Of a stretch of DNA of 43,257 bases, positions 11,329 to 27,405 are shown piece after piece. The notes below the pieces were generated by a model, which did not search any database, was not told the DNA's origin, and saw only the letters and a list, made by a program, of their open reading frames with translations. Positions within the stretch are counted from its first letter, which is position 1; each line of letters starts with the position of its first letter. Origin of the DNA: Collodictyon triciliatum (taxonomy: Eukaryota); assembly GCA_043381765.1 (NCBI GenBank), contig JBHJMP010000592.1:1-43257 (forward strand). The letters are read 5' to 3'. The position numbers were made by a program, and so were the translations under genes.

Positions 11329-14139
11329 ATGTCTGTGTCTCAGCAGCTTCGCCGCCGCTCTCTTCAGCCGCCGCTTCGCACGCAGGCCTCTGGGTTGAAT
11401 CTGCCGACAGAGTCGCTTCTGCAGGGCGCAGTCATTGGACAGAGCCTGCTCGGGCCGCGCAGAGGGGCAGAAAGCAGCGTCCCGTGCGAGCAGACTGCGG
11501 CTCCACACGCAACCCGCGCCCTTCCGCAAATCCCGCCGGGCACAACAACAGCTTCGCCGCTGCCTTCGTCCGTGAGCGCAGAGCACTTCCGTGTAGACGC
11601 AGACTGCATCTTTCCGGCCATTGCGGCAGACTTTCCCCGCGATGCAAACGCGCTCATCATTCAGGTCTGCGACGAGGCGCGCCGGGTGCGCAAGGACTTT
11701 GTCTGCCCGCGCGACAAGATCCTCTCGTCCATGGCCTACTTTGCAGACTACTTTCAGGATGCTGCGCTCGTCAGCCCGGTTGAGCAAACAGAAATCTCGG
11801 TCCACTGCGACATTCACGTCTTCGAGTGGCTCGTCAACTTCATCATGCGGCCAGAGTCTCCTCCTCTCCTAGGTTTTTCCCCCCTTATTTAATCGCAGTA
11901 TCCCATAGATAAAATATTCACAAAAAGTTACTCATTTGTTTTGTCTTAGCACTTACTACTGCTTCTTTTTTTTTTTTCATCCTTAATTTTTTTACCGAAC
12001 AATTATCACATAAACTATACATTCTATATGATTTTTCGGGCGTAATTTTTGCTACATAATTTTTTATTGAAATATGTGTTTGTATCGTACAGACCCGTCC
12101 AATGTGATGTCCATCATGGTTTCGTCAGATTTTCTGCAGATGAACGATGTAGTTCGAGTCTGTCTCAAATACCTTCGTGAACATCTGAACCATGTCCTTC
12201 GGCTCCCGCTCGACCTCAGTTGTCTTAGTCCTAAGCTCCTCCAACTTCTCAGCAACAAATTCACGATTGACGAATTGGATGGGTATTTTTGAGCTTTCGA
12301 ATACAGAAATCATTTCAAAGAAAAATAAAATCTTTTCACGATTTTTTGCATCGCATCGACAAAACCATATGCATATCTCTACAGCTTTCTATCCATTGAA
12401 TATGCATCGGTTTCTTTATTTAACACTTTTCTTTAATTTGTTTTGTACCTCCGCTTTTCTTTCCAGGATAAAAGACCGTAAAGACCGGTTGCTGAGCAAG
12501 ATGTACATCTGCAAAATTGAATGGCTTTTCCAAACGCCCGACAACACTCTAAACAGATGCAAGCTTTGCAACACCATCTACACAGCTGGTCAATACACTT
12601 GGATGTTGTGTCGAAAGGCAGAGCCTCATGTCGATTTCCATGGAAGTGTTGTTGCAAGGTTCCTTCTTTTCCACTGCTCGAATGCATAACATCTTCACTT
12701 CTTTTTTTCCCCATCATGTATATTTTCATTTATGTTTCCCCAAACAAAACCCCTTCTACAGGACGAAGAGACACAAACTAAATGGAAAATAAATCTAGAT
12801 AGCAATATCCTAACGACGAACCTTTTTTCTTTAAAAAAAAAAAACATCTTGCTCTCCGTGAATTCGGACAGGCATAGCCCAGACGAAAGCTTCGACATGC
12901 AAGACTACATCGCTGATTTTTGCAAAGAGCGCTTGTCTTGGAAAGGAATATTCTGGAGGTTGTGGAGCCTCTCGCAGACGCTCACATGCATCCGGTGCAA
13001 TCGCAAGTTTGTTGGAACTGAATCAAAGCATTGTTTGTCTCATGAATCACCGCCTGAATTTCCGAGTGATGGAGCTAGAGGAAAGTAAGTTTTTCAATAT
13101 CTGTACCATATTGTCAATAATCAATAACTCTGGGAAGCCTTGCAAACAACGTATTTTCCAAATTAATCAAAGATATCCGTGTTGTGGGGGCCTTGCTTTG
13201 CGCCTTGGCACTTCTATTCATCGGCGTGGATGCTGTTCCGAACCGCACATAGTCGACCCAACAAGCAGAGATGAAGAAATCCTACAGAGAATCGAGCGGC
13301 ACGAACAGTACTGCTCTCTTCCTTTCGATGCTTCCCTCGATATAGATGATATCGGAATCGACGATGGAAAAGTTCTTGCGAGGTCTTGCTATCGCTCACT
13401 CATGGAATCAGTTTCGTTTTTTAGAATTTTTTTTCATTTTCTGTATATTCGCCCTATTTTTGACACCATTTCTCACATTACGCTCTATTGTGTGAAGCAT
13501 ATTTTCATGTGGAGTAGAAATAATTTACGTAATGCCCTCAAAACTTTTTGACTATTACATTTTCACTTAGGATGAAGATGAAGAGGAGGACGATGAAATT
13601 GCTCACATGGTAAGCTCCTATCCTCCAAGTAAATCACGTATGACGGGACAGAGACATACAGATTTCATTTACTCAACAAACCCGACATCCACTTCTTACA
13701 TGCAAATATATATATATGTATCCTTTTCTCATGTCCACTGGCTCTAACCTTCCTCACTGGCGGTTACCTGGCTTGCTCCAAGTATCCAAGCAAGTTCAAA
13801 TCTTTTGGTCCAGGCTTTGAGCGCAGACGATACTGGAGTCCCCAGGTGAATGTTGCCTCTCTCAAGTGGCTGAAGATGGACGACCATCGTACAGATGATG
13901 CCGAAAGAATGGAAAGCATCATCCAGCTCATGATGGGGCAGCGCAAGGACATGCGGCGCAGAGCCCCGAAAACATCTCCTTCATCGTCGACTTCGATGCT
14001 CAAGCAAATCACAAACGGCCCTGTTGGCTACTGCATTCCTCCACAACTTACAACAAAGGACAAGCCTGGGAAGGACAGGCGACCAGATGTTGCGCGTAGA
14101 AGCCCAGCGGTAAGCACTCATCACTACGATTATCACTAG
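11329..14139 (+). CDS. SANBR: SANT and BTB domain regulator (SANBR/KIAA1841) homolog; 7 exons: 11329-11872, 12093-12282, 12467-12658, 12872-13084, 13173-13410, 13571-13609, 13783-14139
   Basis: IIQVCDEARRVRKDFVCPRDKILSSMAYFADY..ISVHCDIHVFEWL, NVMSIMVSSDFLQM, KDRKDRLLSKM, SWKGIFWRLW..LTCIRC, YPCCGGLALR and DDHRTDDAERM match the recognisable KIAA1841 family blocks in order. Splice phases are consistent. Confidence 0.9.
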
Positions 14140-14589
14140 TGTAATCGTGCCGTGGCGAATTCTCTGCCATGATGCTGATGCGATGAAGTGTAATATCTTG
14201 TTATATTGTAAAACTGAACAACAGGTGAATGCAACACCCTTCAAGTAAATTAGTAGAGAAAAAAATGGGAAAACAGGAGCAGGAAAAACTGTACCGCCGG
14301 TGCGCTTATCGCCCGGGTGTACTAACTTATTTAGTCATAAATGAATCGATTAACCTGACATGCGCTTTAAAGGAGAGAAAGAAAAATCGACGAATTTATT
14401 CCAGTAAATAATACATGAAAGAAAAAATCGGGTTTGATATTGGAATAGTCGGGCGATGTGACCAAACAGCTCAAAAAAATCAGGCGATTTCAAAGTGTGA
14501 CATTTATTTCACATACCGGCTGATATATTAGACTAAAAGTTGCCACTTTCGAGGCAATACATACGAACAGTTAAAAAAAAAAAAAAACA

Positions 14590-17500
14590 TCATAAGATTT
14601 GCTCAAATCCGTTCTGCCTGTGTTGTGTGTATGTATGTCCGGGTGGGGGAGGGAAAAGCGGATCGACACACAGGCGAATGACATCTTCCACAAGGTCAGG
14701 TAGTAAATCACTGGAAAAAGGAGAATGATATGGTCAAAAGGAATTCCTTCGAGCAAGTATTCCAATGAATTTTGAAGGGTGATTGGGACATACCGTAGGA
14801 TTTGGCTGCTAAGTGCAAGACAAGGGTTTGTATTGACTTCCAATAAATACACACGAAGTTGTTCGTCAATCATAAAGTCGAACCCAAACAGCTCGAATGT
14901 GTACTTGTGAGCGCGCTGCGTAAGGTGCTAATGCGAAGTAGATTCTCAAAGTTAAGTGATCGGCCCTTCTTGGGTCATGGTAATCGAAAATACGGGCATC
15001 ATGTCTTTGCAAGATAATTATTAAAATGCATATCCAGAGAAAAATCAAAACATGCAACAAGAATATTTACTATAATACAGTTTAAAAAACTATGATGGTG
15101 CATGCATCCAAAGTATGTGGTGATTAGATTCATTGGTACACCTTGTGGACACTGAGTATAGCCAGGGTCATCAGTTCTTTAATCTTTGGAACAAGGTTTT
15201 CTTGAACAGACCAGTTTATTGTGGGATGCTGCTGCTCGATATAACTGGGATGATGTATTTCACAGGATTTACATGCATATTAAAAACCACAAGATAGGTG
15301 TTTGAGAGAAAGAGAGAAAAAAAAACCGAAACGTACTCCTGAAACTGCTCTAACGACCTTTGATTTCCCTCTTCATACTTTCCATAATCATCAGAAAATT
15401 TCTGAACCGCGTTATTTGTCAAGTGGACATTCAAATCGTCGACATTCTCTGTCGAAAAGTCCCTGCTCGATGTCCTGAGATATGCCCGTCGATAGAAATG
15501 AGCTTCGAGTTCCTGTTTATTTCGCGAGGATTATTGGAATTGAAACGACGAATCGCAATATTTGGGTATTGAACCCATTTTGGATTATCATATGAAGTGT
15601 TTTAATTGGGAGTTCAGGGGGAAATGGTCACATTTAGGCACACTTCCTATTAAAAAAAAGTGTGTGCGTGTGTGTCTGTCTTGGAAGAAAAAAAGGCGGG
15701 AATGTATGAAACAGATATCAACTAATGTGTCTATATTCTTGTTGTTCAGGAGGGTTAAATGACATTGCTTCTGTTTGTACTTGTTGGGACTTTGAGCGAC
15801 GGTAATTGGTTAGGAGAGAGCGTACGCTGCCATTCAATATACTAGCCTTGGGAAGCTTTCCTGCACTATTTTCCTACAGCGCACAAGAGGAATAGAAACT
15901 CCCTCAGATATTTTCCTTTTTGGATATGACGAGGTGTATTGAAATTGAGAAAAATAGACAATACAACGGATTAATTACATCCAAATTATCAGGATGGTTC
16001 TCTGTCACGATTGGCTTCTCCTGCAGGATTGGTGACACAAATGGCGCGCACATCTCGATTGGCCGGAATATGAGAAGGCAGTATGACCGAATATCAAACT
16101 TCCTTCCATAAATCAAGAGAGGCCGTTCGATATACTTCTGAACTATCCACGCCCCACTCTGCTGCGCAACTTTGAGTAAATGAGCCTACATGAGAAGAGA
16201 TACAGATTGGTTAATCTCGGTACAGGTGGTGGTCTTTCTCAAAGGTCGTTTCTTGTGAGTTTCCACGTATTGATATTGTGCTAGATATCAAACATAACGC
16301 TAAAAAAGTGTGTAAAACTGAGATATGCTCCCATGATTGACTTTTGTATAGTATCCTATTAAATGAGAAGTTCAGGTAAAAATATTTTTGTCCTATTTTC
16401 TATGCAAAATGTATTTCTACTGGTGTCTGGAATCCTTGGTTTTGGTCCTTGGTCGGAGAAACAACACTTCTTGAATTCGGTTGGTTGCTCATTATATAGT
16501 TCTCCATTGATGTCAATGTGTTGAATATCTGAATTCCTTTCCCTGTTTCATCGCATTCACGATATTTTCTATGATTAGCTCCGGAAACAAGCTGAAGCAA
16601 CAATATCTAAGTATAGACTGGTCAAACCTCTGTTCAGACAAGATGGCTTAATAATCCACATATTCTTGGATCCATAGACCCCACTCCTCCCATCTTCTCC
16701 ATTAGCGGTGCTCTACAAATATCCAGAGAAATGAGACAGATGGCATGTAGGAAATCTGAAGCGTTGACTGGCTTCGTTAAAACAAAATAGTAAATGAACA
16801 TTATTCTTCAAATGAACTACTATTCATAAATAATATGCAAGCTTCGAATGACAGAAAAGGGATGAACCTTCTCCATTTGCTTGAACAGCCGCCTCATGTT
16901 CGTGAGGTCCTGTGTAAGAGAGATGCTCTTGACTACAATCGTGACGGGGAGGTAATCGAATACATTGATTCCATTCTGATCGCACAGTGATTTGATGTTC
17001 CTGCTCATTTCCATCGTGGTGGGTATCAAGGTCGTTGTGGGGAGACAGTTCGTTATTCGGTTAGCGTAAAGGATATGAAAAGCGCGTTTAGGAAATGAAT
17101 TTGTAAACTTTTAAACATTGCCACCTGAACAGCCCTGTTTTTGTACACAGTTCCGAATGGTTATCAAGGTGATTGATGATTTGCCTCAATTGCGGATTGG
17201 TGTTGTATTTATCATGCCCGATGCTTTGTCCAGTTTCCTTCCATTTGAAGTTGAATCCAGTGTCGTCTTCTGTGGTCTAAAATATATAGAAACACGGGGT
17301 AAATGAGCGATGCAGTTGAAATCGGAAATATTTTTTTTGAGTGTTAACAGGAACAATTGGATTAAATGCGTAGGTGTAATTGTTTGGAAAACTAATCAAT
17401 ATGAGCTCATTGTTATTTTGTGGTACACACTTCAGACCACCATGTACGTCGCTGCAGTGCTTCCCTCACTAAATCAGAATTATTTCCGGGAAGAATAACG

Positions 17501-18055
17501 TATTTGGGACCCGGTGACTCTGAACTCTTTCCTTGCACCAGCGCACGGTCGGGGACTGATTTCTACCAAATCAACACGGGCGAGTTAACTTCACCAGACA
17601 AAAGGAGATGATAGAAAAGAAGAAAAAGAGAGCACATAAAATATGCATCGCATGAGTCTTCAACAGGATTACATGGAGACAGATGGCTTCAGCGAAATGC
17701 AGAGGAAGTAGGGTCAGTGACATAATAGACAAAAGGCGGGACTAACTGCGGCTCTCTCCTTCGTGGGCTGCGGTTGGGAAAGGCGTGCGGTGGGCGTCAT
17801 CGGCTGAATGGTGAACGGATGCAACACCCCGGCTGACCGAACGCGTTCCCTTCGTGGAGACGCGTGCGATTGACTCACGCTTTGCTTCGCACCTGCTGTG
17901 CCTTTTGCTTCGGACAAATCTTCCCTTCGACGTTCGGGCTTCGTCCGATGTGGCCGCGGATTCGACACAGAGCGGTTCTGCGACCCGCCTTTCCCGGGAT
18001 TCGTCGAAGCACTGCCGAACGCGTTGTTTGAAGTGCTCGGTGAAAGCCTATTCCC
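14590..18055 (-). CDS. Tubulin-tyrosine ligase-like (TTLL) ATP-grasp enzyme, probably TTLL3/8-like glycylase or initiase; 5' end runs into the assembly gap
   Basis: Spliced motifs [124 protein letters not shown] (TGA 14590-14592). The subfamily call is inference. Confidence 0.9.
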
Positions 18056-18497
18056 NNNNNNNNNNNNNNNNNNNNNNNNNNNNNNNNNNNNNNNNNNNNN
18101 NNNNNNNNNNNNNNNNNNNNNNNNNNNNNNNNNNNNNNNNNNNNNNNNNNNNNNNNNNNNNNNNNNNNNNNNNNNNNNNNNNNNNNNNNNNNNNNNNNNN
18201 NNNNNNNNNNNNNNNNNNNNNNNNNNNNNNNNNNNNNNNNNNNNNNNNNNNNNNNNNNNNNNNNNNNNNNNNNNNNNNNNNNNNNNNNNNNNNNNNNNNN
18301 NNNNNNNNNNNNNNNNNNNNNNNNNNNNNNNNNNNNNNNNNNNNNNNNNNNNNNNNNNNNNNNNNNNNNNNNNNNNNNNNNNNNNNNNNNNNNNNNNNNN
18401 NNNNNNNNNNNNNNNNNNNNNNNNNNNNNNNNNNNNNNNNNNNNNNNNNNNNNNNNNNNNNNNNNNNNNNNNNNNNNNNNNNNNNNNNNNNNNNNNN
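18056..18497. other. Assembly gap (N run)
   Basis: Run of n; probably hides the TTLL start codon. Confidence 1.
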
Positions 18498-18694
18498 CAC
18501 CTTATCTCAATCGCTTCATCGGCAGGCTGCGTGGTGTTGGATGTGAGATGGAATTGGACAATGCAGCTATTTGGGGATCTCGCGACGAACGAGACACAGA
18601 AAAACACAAGGTGTTTGCGTCAAGTGCGGTTTGGGTCTTAATCAACATACATGATAGCTGGTCGGATTAGGAGCAGGTGCGAAGTGGGCAGTAA

Positions 18695-18695
<1 letters not shown>

Positions 18696-18790
<95 letters not shown>
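18696..18790. repeat. Poly-A homopolymer tract
   Basis: About 95 consecutive A between TTLL and the Rab 3' end. Confidence 0.95.
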
Positions 18791-18791
<1 letters not shown>

Positions 18792-18955
18792 ATGAAATCC
18801 AAAAATCAAAAAGTAAAAAGTAAAAAGGAAACGAAAAGCAAGCTAGTGTGGTAAGAAAGACAGTAGAGAAAGAGAAGATGAAAAGTGGATTTATAGTAAT
18901 AGTTTTCTTTCATTTTCTTTTTGTTCACACATTTCTCTCAGTTCTCTAGCATTAT

Positions 18956-21198
18956 TCAGCAACATGATTTCGACTCTGGCGGCGGCTCGGGTGTTGTACC
19001 AAGATAGGGGCTTGTGACAGGGCTCTGGAAAGACTGATGCGCCCCGACTAAGTGTTTTGCAATGCTGTAGAACATGTCATCGATGCCTGCGAACAAGTAC
19101 GCATTCAGAGGAAGATAGATGTTTGCAACAAATGAAAGAATGTGGATTGTAGCTATTAACAAAGTTTTTTATATCACATTATCTGGGCTTTTCTTCTGTC
19201 TCTTTGTGCTCCAATCGTCTATAATTGTTTAAACTTACCGGTGTTATTCTTAGCCGACGTATCAAATACAGCAGCGTTGATAGTGCTGGCATAGTCTACA
19301 ACCAATTACAGATTCCGTATGTATGTCACATTAGCATATATACTTGTGATATCAGCACGTATGCGTTATACAGTGCCCATATCTCAAAAATCGCTGCATA
19401 CCACAAACAACAGAAGGGGGGATTCGGCGCTGGTCCGAAAGGTCTGTTTTGTTTGCTGCAATCGCCATCACTGATATGAAATGATTTGTAAGTATAGAGT
19501 GCATCATCGGATTATGGGTTTACAGCCTTTTGGAGGGTTTATCCTGATGACAAAAATAAATAGAAGCTAGAAAAAAATAGAGAACATGGAAGGGATATAA
19601 AGACACACCGAGTGAAGCATCGCTATTCTTTTTTAATTCATCGACCCATCCCTTTAGCTGCTCGAAGCTATAATCGTCTGATACGTCAAACACAATCACA
19701 GCCGCGGCTGCTCCTCGATAGAACATAGGTGCCTGTGAATACAAGAAATGAGCAGGCATGTGAGTTTTCAGTATTTGGATATCAAGATAAGGTAAACTAC
19801 GATGCATTTATGGTCGCCCTTTTTCTGACATCATTTATATATTAATATTAATATATAAATGATGTCATTTTCTTTTATTTTCTTTGTAAGAAAAGCCTGA
19901 ACACTCACGAGTGATCTAAATCTAAGGTTTTGATATTGGTGAGATTAAACAGTAAAGCGAATAATGAAAAAACAGTGAGAAATTTAGTTTTATAAAAAAT
20001 TTCTATTAGCCTCTTTGCATTCATGTAGGAAAAACCTCTCTTGGCCAGCAGTGTCCCAGATTTGTAACTTGACTCTCATTCCGTCGACAGTGCTAACATA
20101 AAAGAAAAGAGAGGGAGAAAATGATAGAAAAGGAGGATTGAGTACGTATGAATTATTCTTGCTATTGTAAATCATGAAATTTTGTCAAAAAGTTCAAAGT
20201 TCTTCAGAGAATAAGAAGAATAAGAGGGCTAAAAAGAAAAATTTAAACATGAAAAATGATGCGCGATTTCAAACTTACAATCTCTTTGTAAAGAAAGAAG
20301 CGCCGACGGTGCTTTTAATGTTTGCAAAAGTTCCTTCAACATATCGTGTGACAATACTTGATTTCCCGACACCTTTCAACCAGATCGTAAGAGTGTGATA
20401 TTTTCAGCAAAAGTCCAATTTCAAGAGCAGCATACATATCAAAAGATGAAAAAGAATCTTGTAATTAGGACGAACATAACATCTCTTTTGATATAAAAAT
20501 TTATCTTATGAAACATTCACACTATTAGCGAGCACAAATATGGTTATATAAAGTGCAGAATCCTTACCAGTGTGACCGAGCATAACAACTTTTGCAACCA
20601 GGCATTGAGCAGAGTCAAAGTTTTCTGTTCCTATATCACACATACTATTAGAAACAAGTTATTTCAAGAGATGTGCGGGTGCAAAAAATAAATAAATAAA
20701 AATAAAATATCGCGGGCGGAGCACATCCAAACTACTTAGACCCAAACCTGAGCCGTAGTCAGGATTTCCGAGGTTATGAGCCGCACTCTTATTCGACGGT
20801 GGAGACGCTTCTGCGCGAAGACTTCTCCTGTGCGAGCAGGCGCGCGTGCAGGTATGTGAAAGGAGAGAGAAAGAAGACGAGAACGAGTGAAAACCAGATT
20901 AATGCCAATAGGACGATGCAAATGGACTTTGTTTTGCTTGGTCAGTGAGTGCGGGGTATCGAGAAGAGGACCGGGGCTGGGTATTGACAGACTCATGGCC
21001 ATGTCTCCGTCATCTCCCTCTCTGCGCCGCACAGTAGGCGAACACCAAGTCGTAAGTCGGGAGAACACGGTAAGGATTCCCGAGCGGCAGAAAGCCATGG
21101 GGATGAAGGAGCAATAAAAGTCGGGGCGGGAAGGCAGGCGCGGACTGTGGCGCAAGTGAGACTCACCTCGACCGGTAGTCTGGATCGGCAGAGGCCAT
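18956..21198 (-). CDS. Rab GTPase of the endocytic Rab5/21/22 clade with N-terminal extension; about 10 exons including a 13-nt microexon
   Basis: Spliced: MASADPDYRSR|RSLRAEA..DYGSG|TENFDSAQCLVAKVVMLGHTG|VGKSSIVTRYVEGTF..STVGASFFTK|..KLQIWDTAGQER|FRSL|APMFYRGAAAAVIVFDV..|MAIAANKTDL..|FDTSAK|..SKSCC*. G1-G5 motifs and the CC prenylation motif are intact. The start ATG at 21198 is the best guess. Confidence 0.92.
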
Positions 21199-21235
21199 CC
21201 GTGTCTCGGGACGATCTGGTGTGAAGCAAGAGAGA

Positions 21236-21875
21236 ATGAGATCGGGAGACAAAGAAACCGCTCTCTTGCCGCTGGGCCGCTCAATCAAGCAGAGTACGGG
21301 CGCTCTTTGGGCTTCAAGACAGCCCCGTTCGCCTTCGAGTCGTTGCGGCTTGCAAAGCTTCTTGGACTGCTTCCTTGTCATTTCCCTTCCCGGCAAAGAT
21401 CGGAAGTAAACCAAGTGGACACGAGGAAGACGCAAGCGCGGACAGCATCGTGCAATGAGACTGGATTCTTCCTTGCGCGCAGAATCTTTCTTTTTTACTC
21501 TCTTCCATCTCTCCTCTCTCTACCGCAACAGTCTTTTGCTGCGGGTGGCACAGAAACTGAGTTTTGACAGGTAAGGCACCTGCATTCCGCCCCTTCGATG
21601 TATGTCAGCCGGGTCGCAACACGCAGAGTGCATCCTTTATCGCCCGCGCCATGGCGTAGGTTTTACATTCCCTCCTGGTCTGGTCGGGCTCTGCATCGGG
21701 GACTGGCTCGGGAGCCCTTCAACCGGTATACACAGCGGTCTGTTGCGATATTCACGTATCCAGTTCAGACTATCGGAGTGGGCTCAAGAGTGGGGAATCG
21801 GGACACTTTGAGCCTTCTGATGACGCCCAGTGGAAGCGCGTTCAAGACTTCGGATTGTGTTGGATGGGGATTTAG
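21236..21875 (+). CDS. Hypothetical 4-exon orphan ORF (128 aa) or spliced divergent non-coding transcript
   Basis: Segments 21236-21405, 21532-21570, 21660-21725 and 21764-21875 join through three GT-AG introns into one open frame. There is a strong pyrimidine tract before 21532. No homology recognised. Confidence 0.25.
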
Positions 21876-22218
21876 AACAAGGAGGTAGATTTGCTTTAAA
21901 ATGAATTCTGTGGCAAAGACTTTGATAAAAGAAAAAGAGAAAAAAAGAAACGAAAAAGAAAAAGAGAATCGAAATCGAAAATAAAAAAAAAAGGAATAGC
22001 GGAACTATGCGAGACAACGGGAAGATTCTTGGTTATTCTTTTCTTTGTTGATACTGTAAAAGAGAGGAAGGAAGTCAATTTAGGGAGATGAAACCAGAGC
22101 CCAGGCTAGAAATGTTAAGACATAGGCTGCTTAGTTATTGTCACTATAACAAAGAAAGATACAGCAAATGAAGAGGAGAGGAAAAGGAACAGGGTTATGG
22201 TTTGACCATCAACCAAAG

Positions 22219-26244
<4,026 letters not shown>

Positions 26245-26922
26245 CCTCGTCCTACTTTTTTCCCTACGATTATTCTCATTAATCTTCGTCTCTCTTCTTA
26301 ATATATATAATCGTATGAAAAATATATCATCGTATTATCTGCAATTCAAGCTTTGTGCGATAGTCTAGAAAAGGTTCGATTCCTGACAGCCCAAAAGCGA
26401 GCTAAAAAACGAAAAGGCAGATCGCATTGACAAACGCGTTTGGGCGATGTGAGTTTTGAAGTTGATCGGAAACCAATGAATACAGAAAGCCCAGTTTGCC
26501 ATTTTGACTTGGTCACATATCTGCCGTCTTGCGGCCTGTCACGCTTTTTTCATAGATGGAGAAAGTAAAAAAAGAAAACAGTAAACAAGTTTAAGAAACA
26601 AGAAATAAGAAGAAAATAGGAAGAAAAAGGAAAAATAGGAAGAAAAAGGAAAAAAAGGAAGAGAGACCTAGAAAACATCTGTTTAAACGGACAACACAAG
26701 GCTTCCTTCGACAGATTCCCTTCTTTTCTGGCTTCTTTCTTTCTTGCCGACGGCACGGCCTTTGTGAGACACCTTGGGATTTCCTCTGGCTGTCAAGAGA
26801 AAATGCTGTGCTGGTTGGGACATCCTCATATCGCCTCGGCGTGCGTCGTTCGGGTTTATCCATTTTTTGAAGGGAAATTGTTTTCTGGTTTCCAACAAAA
26901 GCAAGAGATAAACCGCTGAGTT

Positions 26923-26936
26923 CACACACACACACA

Positions 26937-26990
<54 letters not shown>

Positions 26991-27000
26991 AACACACACA
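26923..27000. repeat. (CA)n microsatellite
   Basis: Directly visible. Confidence 0.95.
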
Positions 27001-27405
27001 TCGCGAGAATCGGTAATGTGCAAGAAAACTAAAAGAGAGGGAGGAGATGAATGAGAGAAGAAACGTGATATGGGCGATACGAAAGTGAAAGAAAAGCATT
27101 CAAGCGCAGTCGATATTGTATGCTTTCACAATTGATTCTCCTGTGGTATGAAGGAAGCACGATGTTGTGGAGGTGCACAAGCCGGGATTTCTAAATTCTT
27201 TTCTTTTATTTCCTGATGATATATCATATTAATATTTCATTTCGCGCAGAGAATATTTCGAGAGAAGAGACAGCGATGACGTTTGTTTTTAGTTTCAATG
27301 AGTCGAGGCGAAATAGTATGAGAAAAACAAGAATTGGTCGAATTAAAACGGATCGTGGTGCCGACAGAAGCAAGTAAAGATGGCTTTTGTTTTGGTTTTT
27401 TGATA

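Noticed and set aside
10687-11398. Long overlapping ORFs between Roco and SANBR (also 2231-2850 and 30376-31145)
   Set aside because: GC-rich or A-rich promoter/UTR-like DNA with no protein motifs; the real Roco last exon is in another frame (10788-10850).
18696-18790. Poly-A run as a retroelement tail
   Set aside because: No target-site duplication or element body; long A/T homopolymers are common throughout this window.
20928-21021. Possible 94-nt poison exon in Rab intron 1
   Set aside because: Weak donor (gtccat) and no independent support; such AG..GT pairs arise by chance.
21598-21888. Possible structured ncRNA or snoRNA (GC-rich, contains TGATGA)
   Set aside because: No matching D box with terminal stem or recognisable snRNA/tRNA signature could be established by eye.
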